Shown here one piece after another: positions 40,995 through 51,663 of a DNA stretch of 64,000 bases. Within the stretch, counting starts at the first letter, position 1. The number at the start of each line of letters is the position of its first letter. A model generated the notes under the pieces. It ran no database searches. It saw only the letters and a list, made by a program, of their open reading frames with translations, and had not been told where the DNA came from. The stretch comes from Lentisphaeria bacterium (GTDB lineage: Bacteria > Verrucomicrobiota > Lentisphaeria > JABSQK01 > JAWLHB01), in assembly GCA_041690595.1 (NCBI GenBank), contig JAWLHB010000028.1:1-64000 (forward strand). Reading direction: 5' to 3'. Both the position numbers and the translations under genes were made by a program.

Positions 40995-41771
40995 ATGCCG
41001 AAGCGCGGTTACGTCATTCATACAACTGAGGAAATTGCGGGAATTCGCACGGCCGCACGGCTGGCGAGGCAATTGCTGGACGAGATGTGCGATTACGCCC
41101 GCCCGGGCATGTCCACCCTTCAGCTTGATCAGTTCGCCGCCGAGCTCTTCCTTCGCCATGATGCCGAAAGCGCTTTTTACCGCTACCGCGACTATCCCGG
41201 CCAGATGTGCATCTCCGTCAATGACGAAATTGTTCATGGTATCGGGCGCACGGAAATGATACTCAAGGTTGGTGATGTGGTGAGTGTGGACTGCGGCGTC
41301 CGCAAAAACGGATGCATCGGCGACAATGCCAAGACCATCTCGCTCGGCCCGCCCACTCCCGAAATCGCCAGACTCCTCAGCGTCACCGAGAAATCCCTGA
41401 TGGCAGGCATCGATGCCGCCATTTGCGGCAACAGCGTGTATGATATCAGTACCGCTATCGACACCGTCATCCGCGAAGCAGGCTACAGCGCCGTCCGCGA
41501 ATTCGTCGGCCACGGCTGCGGCACCGATCTCCATGAACCCCCTGAAATACCAAATTATCCCAATCGCAGGTCCCGCGAACGACTGCGAAAGGGGATGGTT
41601 CTGGCGATCGAACCCATGGTCAATATCGGCACACACAAATTCACCATGGATGCTGACGGGTGGACCGTACGCACCGCTGACGGAAAACTTTCCGCACACT
41701 TTGAACATATGATTCTAATTACAGACAACGAACCGGAGATCTTGACATGGCCAACGAAAACATCCGGGTAG
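40995..41771 (+). CDS. map: Type I methionine aminopeptidase
   Basis: [35 protein letters not shown]. Confidence 0.96.
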   Translation: MPKRGYVIHTTEEIAGIRTAARLARQLLDEMCDYARPGMSTLQLDQFAAELFLRHDAESAFYRYRDYPGQMCISVNDEIVHGIGRTEMILKVGDVVSVDCGVRKNGCIGDNAKTISLGPPTPEIARLLSVTEKSLMAGIDAAICGNSVYDISTAIDTVIREAGYSAVREFVGHGCGTDLHEPPEIPNYPNRRSRERLRKGMVLAIEPMVNIGTHKFTMDADGWTVRTADGKLSAHFEHMILITDNEPEILTWPTKTSG

Positions 41772-41962
41772 AAGGCGTCGTCAAAGAGCTTCTGCCCAAC
41801 ACCATGTTCAGGGTCGAAATACCCAATGGCCATGAAGTGCTGGCGCACATCAGCGGCAAGATGCGGCTCCATTTCATCCGTATCCTGCCCGGCGATAAGG
41901 TGACCCTGGAGATGTCTCCCTACGATTTCAGCAAAGGCCGCATCATCTACCGTAAAGGATGA
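41747..41962 (+). CDS. infA: Translation initiation factor IF-1
   Basis: [35 protein letters not shown]. Confidence 0.97.
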   Translation: MANENIRVEGVVKELLPNTMFRVEIPNGHEVLAHISGKMRLHFIRILPGDKVTLEMSPYDFSKGRIIYRKG

Positions 41963-42174
41963 GCGACACCCCCTTCGCCGACGCCTTGCCAACGCCGGCT
42001 ACCTGCCACATGCACCCCATGTACGAAAAAATCTTCATTTCATCTTTGCATTCGGCCGCAGGCGGATATATTAAGGGCTCTTTTCCCTGTTTTCGCATTT
42101 GCCCATATCGGACAGGCGCCGGCAGATACCTGATTCGGCGATAATGCCTGTGTATGTACCTGTGGAGAGGTCCC

Positions 42175-42288
42175 ATGAAAGTTAAAGCTTCAGTAAAACG
42201 GCGGTGTGTGAATTGCCGCGTCATCCGGCGGAACGGCGTGGTTCGCATCGTATGCAAAGATCCCAAGCACAAGCAGCGCCAAGGGTAA
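42175..42288 (+). CDS. rpmJ: 50S ribosomal protein L36 (zinc-binding type; absent from the ORF track)
   Basis: Manual translation [47 protein letters not shown]. Confidence 0.97.
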   Translation: MKVKASVKRRCVNCRVIRRNGVVRIVCKDPKHKQRQG

Positions 42289-42345
42289 TCGGGCTTTCCA
42301 CGCCGGAGAGCGCCTGACCTGGCCAAGCACCAAAAGGTAGCCACT

Positions 42346-42744
42346 ATGCCAAGACTTGTTGGTGTCGATATTCCCGATCGCAAGAAGGTGAAAATCGCGC
42401 TGACGTACATTTACGGAATCGGACCGACAAAGGCACTCGAAGTGTGCCAGCGTTGCAGTATCGACCCGGAAATGCGCGTAAATAAGATGAGCGAGGCCGA
42501 TGTCGCCAAGCTCAACTCCACGATCCAGAACACGATGATGGTCGAGGGTGACCTCCGCCGTCAGATTGCCCAGGATATCAGGCGCCTTACCTCGATCGGT
42601 TGTTACCGCGGCATGCGTCATCGCCGTGGCCTTCCGGTGCGCGGGCAGCGAACCAAAACCAACGCTCGTACGCGCAAAGGCAAGCGGCAGACGGTCGGCG
42701 CTATCCGTGATCGCGCAGCCCGACGCACCGCTCGCGGCGACTAA
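42346..42744 (+). CDS. rpsM: 30S ribosomal protein S13
   Basis: ALTYIYGIG, YRGMRHRRGLPVRGQRTKTNARTRKG. Confidence 0.98.
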   Translation: MPRLVGVDIPDRKKVKIALTYIYGIGPTKALEVCQRCSIDPEMRVNKMSEADVAKLNSTIQNTMMVEGDLRRQIAQDIRRLTSIGCYRGMRHRRGLPVRGQRTKTNARTRKGKRQTVGAIRDRAARRTARGD

Positions 42745-42855
42745 ACTGGGGGCAGCTGGCGGCGTGCGCCTACCATCGATTCCAGCGCTCGGCGAACGCT
42801 GCGATCAGCTGGCACCCGAACTGCCCTTTACTTCAATCAGTCAGGAGACCTACAC

Positions 42856-43290
42856 ATGGCAGACGATATTCTCTCAGACGACATCACTAATGTCACGCTG
42901 AAGGCCGTGACCCGGAAGAAGGGGGCAAAGAAACAGATTGCCAACGTATCCCGGGGCATCGTCCACGTTCATTCCACCTTCAACAATACCAAAGTCAGCA
43001 TCTCGGACACCGCCGGCAATATCCTTGCCTGGGCATCCTCCGGCAAAGTCGGCTTTCGCGGCAGTCGCAAAAGCACCGCTTTCGCCGCCCAGGTCGTGGG
43101 TGTCGAAGTCGCCAAACGGGCCATGAGCTACGGGATGCGCGAAGTGGAAGTGCAGATCAAGGGACCGGGAGCTGGGCGCGAGTCCGCCGTCCGCGGCGTT
43201 GTCGCCGCCGGTCTGGAAGTCACTGCGTTGCGTGATGTGACGCCCGTACCGCACAACGGATGTCGCCCCCCCAAACGCCGCCGCGTCTAA
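42856..43290 (+). CDS. rpsK: 30S ribosomal protein S11
   Basis: [37 protein letters not shown]. Confidence 0.98.
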   Translation: MADDILSDDITNVTLKAVTRKKGAKKQIANVSRGIVHVHSTFNNTKVSISDTAGNILAWASSGKVGFRGSRKSTAFAAQVVGVEVAKRAMSYGMREVEVQIKGPGAGRESAVRGVVAAGLEVTALRDVTPVPHNGCRPPKRRRV

Positions 43291-43316
43291 GCGCAACCAA
43301 CGGAGAACCAGGTAGT

Positions 43317-43937
43317 ATGTCTCGTTATACCGGCCCAAAAGGCAAGCTCGCTCGCCGCTTCGGCGTCAACATCTTTGGCAACCCCAAGTACGATCGCGTC
43401 CTCGGCAAGCGTCCCAACGCTCCAGGCCAGCACGGTCAGACTTCAGGACGACGCAAAGTTTCCGAATATGGCCTCCAGCTGCTCGAAAAGCAGAAGCTCA
43501 AAATGGCCTATGGCATGCGCGAAAAACAATTCCGCCTCTACTACAAGCGGGCTCTCGCTCAAGAAGGAAAGACCGGTGATAACCTGCTCATCCTTCTTGA
43601 AACCCGTCTCGACAATGTCATCTATCGTCTGACCATGGCCCCCAGCAGGGATTCCGCGCGTCAGATGATTCTGCACGGTCATATCAAGGTGAACAACCGC
43701 CGGGTGAACATTCCGTCGTTCCAGGTTTCCGCCGGGGACATCATTACGGCCAAAGATTCAACCCGCTCGCAGACTCTCGTAAAACGCTGGCTGGAGGAGA
43801 ATGCCAGCCGTGACGTGCCCGAGTGGTTGATGATCAATAAGGACGAGCTGAAAGGCCAAGTCGTTCGCAAGCCGCTTGGCGAAGAGATTCCCAGCGTGGC
43901 TAACGAACAGCTGGTCGTCGAACTCTACTCCAAGTAA
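43317..43937 (+). CDS. rpsD: 30S ribosomal protein S4
   Basis: MSRYTGPK, SEYGLQLLEKQK, LETRLDNVIYR, LVVELYSK. Confidence 0.98.
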   Translation: MSRYTGPKGKLARRFGVNIFGNPKYDRVLGKRPNAPGQHGQTSGRRKVSEYGLQLLEKQKLKMAYGMREKQFRLYYKRALAQEGKTGDNLLILLETRLDNVIYRLTMAPSRDSARQMILHGHIKVNNRRVNIPSFQVSAGDIITAKDSTRSQTLVKRWLEENASRDVPEWLMINKDELKGQVVRKPLGEEIPSVANEQLVVELYSK

Positions 43938-44075
43938 GCTCACACTTGTCGACTCCGGCCCCGCTACCCGCACAGTGACCGCCGGAAAAGACAAACCTAT
44001 CTATTCGCATACCACTTGGCGGCGTTCGCGGGAGATTCCGCCCACCACGCGCCACAACAACTTTGGAGGCTGATT

Positions 44076-45110
44076 ATGCCGGAAATAGCAAGTAAGTTTG
44101 CTATGCCCCACAAACTGGTGGTAAACGAGGACACTGCAACCGATACGTACGCCAAGTTTGTTGCCGAACCGCTTGAGAAGGGCTTTGGGCATACCCTGGG
44201 CAACGCCTTGCGCCGCGTGTTGTGGTCCTCACTCGAAGGCATCGCTGTCACTTGGATCAAGATCGACGGCGTCCCTCACGAGTTTACCACCATCGACAAC
44301 GTCATTGAAGATGTCACCGACATCGTCCTCAACTTCAAAAAAGTCCTCTTCGAATGCAGCGGCGATCTGCCGCGGCAACTCGAACTGAAGGTCTCCAGCC
44401 GCTCCGGCGAACTGAAGGCCGGGGATATCGACACCGATGGCGTCACCTCAATCATCAATCCCGAACAGCACCTCCTCACTATCGACAAGCCTATCGATCT
44501 GCTGATCGAAATGGAAATCGACCGTGGGCGCGGCTATCGCCCCGCCGAAGACAACAAGCGTGACGACCACCCCATTGGGGTCATTCCGATCGACTGTCTC
44601 TTCTCCCCGGTTCGCCGCGTTGCCTATGCGGTGCATGACTGCCGTGTCGGTCAGCGGACGGACTATGATCGTCTCGAACTGGAAGTGTGGACGGATGGCC
44701 GGCTGGACCCCCGAGAATCGGTTATCCAGGCTGCCAACATTCTCCACCAGCACCTCAGCGTCTTCATGGGCGTCGATGGTCAACAGGAGGATGATTCCTC
44801 CACCTTGATCACCAGCGAGGAAGACGAGGAAATGCTGCGCCAGTTGCTGCTGTCGGTCGACGATCTCCAGCTGTCCGTTCGGGCACAGAATTGCCTGAAC
44901 AACGCCGAGATCTGCACCGTCGGCGAGATGGTTCAGAAAAGCGAGGCAGAGATGCTCAAATTCCGCAACTTCGGCCAGAAGTCCTTGAATGAGCTGAAGG
45001 AGAAGTTGACGGAGATGGAGATGCATCTGGGCATGGAACTTAAGGAAGAAGTGCGCATCGCGTTCGAGCGTGAACTGGAAAAGGTGCGCGGCGCCAAATC
45101 AGAGGGTTAA
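44076..45110 (+). CDS. rpoA: DNA-directed RNA polymerase subunit alpha
   Basis: EPLEKGFGHTLGNALRR, RVGQRTDYD, LSVRAQNCL, NFGQKSL. Confidence 0.98.
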   Translation: MPEIASKFAMPHKLVVNEDTATDTYAKFVAEPLEKGFGHTLGNALRRVLWSSLEGIAVTWIKIDGVPHEFTTIDNVIEDVTDIVLNFKKVLFECSGDLPRQLELKVSSRSGELKAGDIDTDGVTSIINPEQHLLTIDKPIDLLIEMEIDRGRGYRPAEDNKRDDHPIGVIPIDCLFSPVRRVAYAVHDCRVGQRTDYDRLELEVWTDGRLDPRESVIQAANILHQHLSVFMGVDGQQEDDSSTLITSEEDEEMLRQLLLSVDDLQLSVRAQNCLNNAEICTVGEMVQKSEAEMLKFRNFGQKSLNELKEKLTEMEMHLGMELKEEVRIAFERELEKVRGAKSEG

Positions 45111-45116
45111 GATAGA

Positions 45117-45662
45117 ATGCGACACCGTAAACGTACCTCGAAACTGGGGCGCAGGACGGAGCATCGTGAAGCCATGCTCGCCAACCAGGCATGCAGCCTG
45201 ATCCTGGAAGAGCGCATCCAGACGACTGTTCCCAAGGCTAAAGAGACCCGCCGCCTCGTTGAGAAGGTGATCACGCTCGGCAAGAGCGGCACCCTCCACC
45301 ACCGGCGTCTGGCCATCTCCAAGATCCGCAGTGTGCCTGCCGTGCGCAAGGTCTTTGATGATCTCGCTGCACGCTTCATGGAGCGCAAGGGCGGCTATAC
45401 GCGGATCATCCGCGTTGGCACCCGCGCCGGCGATGCCGCCGACATGTGTCTCCTCGAACTGGTCGAGTCCGGCGTTGTTGTGACTCCCCAGGGCGAAACC
45501 GCCCCCGTGGCGTCCGCCGCTGCACCCGTGACCACTGCGCCGGCTGCTGCACCGGAAGAAAGCATCGTCGCTGAGGAAACCCTCGGTGATGAGCCGGAAG
45601 CCAGCATCGAAGAGCCCTTGACCGAGTCCGGTGAGGAAGCCGAAGAGGACGAGACCAAGTAA
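45117..45662 (+). CDS. rplQ: 50S ribosomal protein L17 with acidic C-terminal extension
   Basis: MRHRK...LGR, IQTTVPKAKE, GGYTRII. Confidence 0.97.
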   Translation: MRHRKRTSKLGRRTEHREAMLANQACSLILEERIQTTVPKAKETRRLVEKVITLGKSGTLHHRRLAISKIRSVPAVRKVFDDLAARFMERKGGYTRIIRVGTRAGDAADMCLLELVESGVVVTPQGETAPVASAAAPVTTAPAAAPEESIVAEETLGDEPEASIEEPLTESGEEAEEDETK

Positions 45663-45700
45663 GTCTCCCCCCTTTTCGAAGCCCTTCGGGAATGCTTCTC

Positions 45701-45735
45701 AAAAAGCCGACCACGTAACCCGTGGTCGGCTTTTT
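45701..45735. terminator. Bidirectional intrinsic terminator
   Basis: aaaaagccgaccacg-taacc-cgtggtcggcttttt between convergent genes. Confidence 0.9.
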
Positions 45736-45923
45736 CTTGCCCACGAAGCCTGGATCCTGCTCCCAGTCCCGGCCGACGGTGCCTCTCCTCGCCGATCATG
45801 CCGCTCATCGCGGCCAGGCAATCTGGGCACGAGGCACCACGAGGAAGAAGCCTTGCCCGGGTTCCGGCGCTTCAGCCGGACAGGGAGCCATCGCTCCCGT
45901 GAACGGTTGTCTGAACGCCGTGA

Positions 45924-47639
45924 TTACTCGCCGGCCAGCAGGATGCGGCTGCGCAGCATGTGCTCGGTTTCCACGTTCTGCAGGTCACCGAAGATCGATA
46001 CGAGGCTGGCGACAGCCTCCATCAGCATGAGCCTCGCAAACTCCAGATCGCTATCTCCACAGGTCACCACGACCTTCTCGTCCTCGCGGCCGATGGTAAT
46101 GGCGATCTCATCCTGCCGAACCCGGTACATGGGCTCCCCAGGGGCGATCTGATGGACGTAGCAGCCCTCTTCCTGGAAGAATCGCACCAGCGTGCTGAGG
46201 AGGAACTCCGCAATCTCCTCACGGACTGCCGGCAGCTCCAGCCGATGCGAACGCTCTTCCCCCTTATGACTCTTCAGCGGATCGCGCATGCCACTGCGGT
46301 CGTTGAAGATGCGGACCATGATGACCGGCGCCAGAAAGGTCGTGATCAGCGTCATCATGATAACCACGCCAAAGAGCTCCGGTTTCACGACGCCACTGGC
46401 CAAACCGATGCCCGCTATGACCAGCGCCACTTCACCGCGTGGCAGCATGCCGATGCCGATGCGCAGCCCCCCCAGCCAGTTGAAACCCATGAAGAGTGGT
46501 GGAATCGAGCAGCCGATCACCTTGGCAAGACTCGCCGTCAGCGTATACACAAGGCCAAAGACAATCATGCCCTTCATCGCGCCAATATCGACCATCATCC
46601 CCATGACACAAAAGAAAATGCTGACCAGTACCCCGTAGAGCGGCTGCAGGCGGTGCTGCAACTCATGCGCTACATCCAAGCGCGAAAGACTCAGACCCAT
46701 GATGTAGGCCCCCAGGATCATGGCCAGACCCGCCTTCTCCGCAACGCCTGCCAGCAGCAGCGCCAGACCAAAAGAAACGGCTGCCATCGTCTCCGTTGAC
46801 TTGAAGAGCTTCAGCACCTGCCCGATCTGACGCGCCAGAATCAGCCCCAGCGCCGTGAAAAGCAGCCAGAACACGAGCGCCTTGGCGGCGATCCACCCTA
46901 TATTTCCCCATGCCACTTCCCCGCCTTGCAGCATGACCCGCGAAACACCGACCACCACCGCCAGAACGATAATGCCCAGCACATCGTCTACCACCGCACC
47001 GGCAAGAATCGTCACCCCTTCAGGACGATCCAGCTGTCGCGCCTCCCCAAGTATACGTGCCGTGATACCCACGGAGGTGGCCGTGGAAATGGTCCCCAGG
47101 AAAAGCGCGCTTGGGCTCATCATGCTATCCGCGACGCCGAACCAGACGGCGACCACCGCGCCAAGCACAAAGGAGACGACCACTCCCGCCACACCCACCA
47201 TGCTGCCCACCACCGAATAACGCAGGAAAAGTGGCAGATCCGTTTCGAGCCCTGCCAGGTAGAGCAGGAGGATGGAAGCGAGCGTCGCGATACCGTACAA
47301 CTCCGGTGAAACCGCCATGCCTGCCGCGGTGGACGGTTCCGGAAAGAGCCCGAAAAGAAAAGCGCCCAAGGCGAACGGACTGATCACCATGCCGGCGGCC
47401 AACTCCCCCAATACCTCCGGAAGCTTCAACACCCGGCTGAAGAATGTCCCACCGATCTTCGCGGCAATGAGGATCAAGGCCAGTTGCAGCATGAGCCGCA
47501 TCATCTTCTCCGTGATGCCATGCCCCGTGCCCGCTTCGGCTAACTCACTCGATGCTTGAACGCAAACAGGCAATAGTGCCGCCATAACCACCAGTGCCTT
47601 GAACCCAATCCCCCGATTCCACCTCCCCATAATGCTCAC
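45924..47639 (-). CDS. Cation:proton antiporter (CPA2/NapA-like) with a soluble C-terminal domain
   Basis: LPEVLGELAAG, AGLETD, ATSVGIT, AVVDDVLG, GMLPRGEVAL. Confidence 0.9.
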   Translation of the reverse strand: MSIMGRWNRGIGFKALVVMAALLPVCVQASSELAEAGTGHGITEKMMRLMLQLALILIAAKIGGTFFSRVLKLPEVLGELAAGMVISPFALGAFLFGLFPEPSTAAGMAVSPELYGIATLASILLLYLAGLETDLPLFLRYSVVGSMVGVAGVVVSFVLGAVVAVWFGVADSMMSPSALFLGTISTATSVGITARILGEARQLDRPEGVTILAGAVVDDVLGIIVLAVVVGVSRVMLQGGEVAWGNIGWIAAKALVFWLLFTALGLILARQIGQVLKLFKSTETMAAVSFGLALLLAGVAEKAGLAMILGAYIMGLSLSRLDVAHELQHRLQPLYGVLVSIFFCVMGMMVDIGAMKGMIVFGLVYTLTASLAKVIGCSIPPLFMGFNWLGGLRIGIGMLPRGEVALVIAGIGLASGVVKPELFGVVIMMTLITTFLAPVIMVRIFNDRSGMRDPLKSHKGEERSHRLELPAVREEIAEFLLSTLVRFFQEEGCYVHQIAPGEPMYRVRQDEIAITIGREDEKVVVTCGDSDLEFARLMLMEAVASLVSIFGDLQNVETEHMLRSRILLAGE

Positions 47640-48793
47640 CCCACTCCTTCGCCCTTGTTGAACAGTGAATGCTGACGACGCACATCGGACTGTACCTTCT
47701 GCTGCCAGAGGGCCTTCCGATAGTCCCGCGCCATCTCTTTATATTGCTCCGCTTTCCGCGGTCTCCCCAGCCGCTCATACGCCTTCGAGATTCCATCATA
47801 CGCGGCTGAAAACATGGGATCCCGGTCTAGACACAGCTTGAACTCGATGATCGCATCGTCGAGCAGCCCCTTCTCCAGAAGCGCGTTGCCCCGCTCATAG
47901 TGCTCTTCAATGAAACTCGCCAGCTCGCTCACCCCGGCACTTACCTGGCGCGCCTGACGGGCTTCTCCCGCATCGCGGGCGCGAAACTCCGCATGCATCA
48001 CCTTGAAGAGATCCTGATGCTTCACCGTCAGCACCGAACAGGGCGCCCGCCGAAGGACGCGATCCGCATTGTTGCCGATGAACTGTTCGATGACGCTGCC
48101 CTGCCCATAGGCACCCATGACCAGCAGCTCCGCCGTCGACTCATCCACGGCTTTCAGTATCTGCTCATGCACGCTGCCCTGCATCAACACCCGGGTCACC
48201 GGGAGATCTTTCAGGTCAAAACCATCGACATACGCATCGAAATGGCTCTGCACATCCTTGCTGCCTGTATTCGACTCCTTCACATGCACGATGTGAAGAG
48301 CCGACTCGGTATTCCGCGCAAGATGCACCGCTGTGCGCATCGCCTGGTCCGAAGCCGACGAGAAGTCCACCGCCACCAGGATCCTGCCCTTGTTTTTCAT
48401 GGGCCGCTTGTGAACGCACCAGACCGGCATCACCGCACGGTGCATGACCCGGTTTGCCGTCGTGCTGCCGAGCAGCCGTTCCGCCAGGCTCTTTGGCGCG
48501 GCGCCCTGCACGATCACGTTTACATCGAGTGCGTTGGCGGTCGACAGGATGACCGCATGAGGATTACCGTGGTGCACGATAGCCTGGTGAACCTGCACCC
48601 CCTGCGACTCGATCTGGTGCTGCAACTCCCTGAGACTGACTTCCGCTTCCTCTCGTCCCCCAAGTTGCTCCAGGACATGGACCAGCACCAGCGAACCGCC
48701 AAACTGCCTGCAAAGGTTGACAGCTTGGGCTGTTACCGGCGCGGTGCTCTCGGAAAAATCGACCGGCAGCAGAACCTTGTCGATCAATTGCAT
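47636..48793 (-). CDS. Universal stress protein (two USP domains) with C-terminal TPR
   Basis: KVLLPVDFS and RILVAVDFS; GNNADRVLRRAPCSVLTVK; TPR-like HYERGNALLEKG..DDAIIEF. Confidence 0.88.
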   Translation of the reverse strand: MQLIDKVLLPVDFSESTAPVTAQAVNLCRQFGGSLVLVHVLEQLGGREEAEVSLRELQHQIESQGVQVHQAIVHHGNPHAVILSTANALDVNVIVQGAAPKSLAERLLGSTTANRVMHRAVMPVWCVHKRPMKNKGRILVAVDFSSASDQAMRTAVHLARNTESALHIVHVKESNTGSKDVQSHFDAYVDGFDLKDLPVTRVLMQGSVHEQILKAVDESTAELLVMGAYGQGSVIEQFIGNNADRVLRRAPCSVLTVKHQDLFKVMHAEFRARDAGEARQARQVSAGVSELASFIEEHYERGNALLEKGLLDDAIIEFKLCLDRDPMFSAAYDGISKAYERLGRPRKAEQYKEMARDYRKALWQQKVQSDVRRQHSLFNKGEGVG

Positions 48794-48979
48794 TTCAACG
48801 TTTCTCCCGGTAAAATGACTCTTGATGCGTAATCGATATAATACTACACCTGCCGGGTGCGCGCAACTTGCCTGCGAAAGGTTGCTTTTTTCAGTGGTTT
48901 CAGTTGATTTTTTAGTTGGCCGCGCCAATAGTTATCAAGAGCAGGCATTGTTCAGGTGAAGTAGATCAAGGAGATTGTA

Positions 48980-50023
48980 ATGGCGCGGAATTCAGGCAAG
49001 AAAGTTGGCATGAAGGCGGTAGCGGAAATGGCCGGAGTTTCCGTTTCCGCTGTTTCGATGGCACTTGCGGACAGTCCCCAGATTGGTGGAGAAACCAAAC
49101 GCCGTGTTCGTGATATTTGCCGGGACATCGGCTATCCGCTCAAACGAGCAAACACGCGGCGGCGGCGAAGCAATGGCCAGAAGCGCTTTGGCTTCATGTC
49201 CTTGTGCATGAATTTGACCGATGAAGGGTTGGCAGGGCTGCTCCATGCGCTCGCGGTTCACGCAGCCGAGCAGAAGATCCGCATGGAGTTGTCGGCAACT
49301 CCGGGTGACGCGCAGGCATCGGATATGCTGGCCCTGCTCAAGGAGCAATCCGCCGAAGTCGATGGACTGCTCATCTCAGGCATCTGCCAAACATGCTCCC
49401 TGCAGGAATTGGCGGATTCTGGACTGAAGATCGTGATGTTGGGCCATTTCTACGAAGACGATGAGTCGCTCCCGATGCCACCGCGCATCAGCTCGGTCCA
49501 GTGCGATTCCTGGAGCATGGGACGCTTGGCAACGCAATACCTCATTTCGCGCGGGCACCGGCGCATCGGCTTCTTCTGCGAACGGGCGCCGCGAGGCATG
49601 TATGCATGGAAATGGTTGATGGGATATCGGGCCGCGCTTCACGAAGCCGGTCTCTCTCCCGAACCGGACTTGGTGCACCTAGCCGGACGCATCTTCGCCG
49701 GAGGTGGCGATGCCGCACGCAATTTCCTCGCTCTTGAAGAGCCGCCCACCGCCTATGTCTGCACCGACGTACGTACCGCGGCCTCCTTCCTCGAAGCCAT
49801 GCGTGAGAACAATGTCGCCGTCAATCGAGATAATCTCGTCATTGGTGGCCATCAGGATATCGCCACTCGTTATGGCATGGAAGGTTTCCCGCTCATCGAC
49901 GAAGACGCGGAGACCATCGCCGAGGTAGCCATGGATCTGCTCGATCGCCTGGTGGACGGAAATGTCGTTGAACCACTGGGTATTGTCGTCCCCTTCCGGA
50001 CCTACAATTTCGAGATGGTCTGA
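48980..50023 (+). CDS. LacI family transcriptional regulator
   Basis: MKAVAEMAGVSVSAVSMAL HTH; GHRRIGF; PPTAYVC. Confidence 0.9.
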   Translation: MARNSGKKVGMKAVAEMAGVSVSAVSMALADSPQIGGETKRRVRDICRDIGYPLKRANTRRRRSNGQKRFGFMSLCMNLTDEGLAGLLHALAVHAAEQKIRMELSATPGDAQASDMLALLKEQSAEVDGLLISGICQTCSLQELADSGLKIVMLGHFYEDDESLPMPPRISSVQCDSWSMGRLATQYLISRGHRRIGFFCERAPRGMYAWKWLMGYRAALHEAGLSPEPDLVHLAGRIFAGGGDAARNFLALEEPPTAYVCTDVRTAASFLEAMRENNVAVNRDNLVIGGHQDIATRYGMEGFPLIDEDAETIAEVAMDLLDRLVDGNVVEPLGIVVPFRTYNFEMV

Positions 50024-51663
50024 TGCCCGCTCTCAACGTGATCCTGATTCTGCTGCTGGCCACGGCAGTACCCTTGCGCGCTGAACCGCTCGACTTCGCC
50101 CTCTTCCATCTGGGCCAGGAGGGGAAGGCGCGCAACGTGCCGGCCGATCAGGGGCTTGTCGACAGCCTCATGGCGCGCGACCTGACAACCGTCACGCCGT
50201 TGCCGGCAAACCGGCTGGCATGGAGCGAGGCGCTGCAAATGCCCGGAGAGCGCCTGGTTGTTGCCGTTACCCGCTTCGGCACTCGCCTCGAGGTGCTCGC
50301 GCTGCTCCTCGATGATGGCGCTGTCCGGCATGCAGCACGCCGCCCGGCCAGCACCAGCGCCGACATGCGCCGTGATCGCGGCTTGCCCGGCTCGAACCAG
50401 TTGCTCCCCAATGCCTTTGCGGAGCTGGCTGCCGACCTTGCCCAAGTCTTGGAGCGCCTGCCTCAGGGACTGTCGGGTGAGACGCTCTCCGTCGCCGTCG
50501 AACCTTTGGTGGATGCAGCCGGTCCCGAGGCACGCGGCGGCCTCGAGCTTACCTATCGACAGGCTCTCGAGGCGCAGACACTCGCCGTACTGGCTCTGGA
50601 GGGGATGCCCATTCGACTTGCGGCTGCCGACGACGACCCCGACTTTCGCCTTGCCGCCCGCACCCAGGCAATTCGACTTGACCTGCGCTTTGCCGGCCCC
50701 GATCGTCACTTTCTGCGTCGCCACGTTCGCCAGGAAGATCTCGTCCCGATGCTGGTGGCCGGGTGGCGAAAGCACCTGCGCTGGCATGACCGCGTCAGTG
50801 ATATCAAGGTGCTGAATCCAAGCTGGGAGAGCATGGACTTGCTTGCCGGCAAAGCCATCGTGGCCCGTCTTGGCGAGGAAGCATTCATTCAGATCGATCC
50901 GACAACCGGCGAAACGAAAACTATGACGACGCCACCGCCAGGCACCGGAATCTTCCGCGATCATGCCCGCCTCTGGCTGGCGGCTGAAGAGCGCCGCGAG
51001 CCAGTGTGGGAGCTCACCTTCCCCTTTCCCATTGGTGCACTCGTCGAAGCGGATGCGTTCCTCTTTGTCTTCACCGATGATGGGATGATGCACCGCCTTG
51101 CCTCCGCTTCAGGAGAGCGGCTCGCCGCTCACGATCTCGGCCGGCGAATGCGCGGCGCAGGCGGCATTGTCGATCAGTCGCAGCTGTGGATCTGCGATCT
51201 GGATGCTGCGCTGCTGGTCATCGACTGGCAGGAGGGCAGGATCCTTCACGAACTGCAACTGGCCGATTCTCTGGCTGCACCACCAGTCCGCTTTGGGGAG
51301 AACATCCTGCTGCCGACTGCCGCGCGCGAACTCGTCGTGGTTAACCCAGCGGGTGAAGTCCGGACAACGGCGGTTCTCCCTGCGCGTCTGGCGCAGCTTC
51401 TGCCGCTCCCGCCTCGCATGGCCATTCTCGACCAGGCTGGCAACCTCTTTTTCTGGCTGCCCGACGAGTCGCAACCGCGCCTTCATGTCGCGACCGGCTA
51501 TCGCCCAGCGCCCGGCATGACGGCCGTTTCCGACTTCCCCACCACATGGCCGGCAGAGACGAATCAGGACGATCCCATGGCCCTGGACCTCGTGGAATCC
51601 AAGCCGGTGCTCCTGCTGCCGACAGCTTCCGGGCTGCTCCTTATCCTGCCGCTCGATCAGTAG
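50023..51663 (+). CDS. Exported protein with PQQ/BamB-like beta-propeller repeats
   Basis: Signal peptide; IDPTTGE, DDGMMHRL..SGE, IDWQEG, LAAPPV repeats; TGATG coupling to the LacI gene. Confidence 0.55.
   Translation: MPALNVILILLLATAVPLRAEPLDFALFHLGQEGKARNVPADQGLVDSLMARDLTTVTPLPANRLAWSEALQMPGERLVVAVTRFGTRLEVLALLLDDGAVRHAARRPASTSADMRRDRGLPGSNQLLPNAFAELAADLAQVLERLPQGLSGETLSVAVEPLVDAAGPEARGGLELTYRQALEAQTLAVLALEGMPIRLAAADDDPDFRLAARTQAIRLDLRFAGPDRHFLRRHVRQEDLVPMLVAGWRKHLRWHDRVSDIKVLNPSWESMDLLAGKAIVARLGEEAFIQIDPTTGETKTMTTPPPGTGIFRDHARLWLAAEERREPVWELTFPFPIGALVEADAFLFVFTDDGMMHRLASASGERLAAHDLGRRMRGAGGIVDQSQLWICDLDAALLVIDWQEGRILHELQLADSLAAPPVRFGENILLPTAARELVVVNPAGEVRTTAVLPARLAQLLPLPPRMAILDQAGNLFFWLPDESQPRLHVATGYRPAPGMTAVSDFPTTWPAETNQDDPMALDLVESKPVLLLPTASGLLLILPLDQ

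Noticed and set aside
41747..41771. 25-bp overlap of map and infA as a recoding signal
   Set aside because: Both proteins are complete and infA has its own GGAG RBS; an ordinary short overlap
45480..45662. Acidic Ala/Glu-rich extension of L17
   Set aside because: Such tails are common in L17 from many phyla
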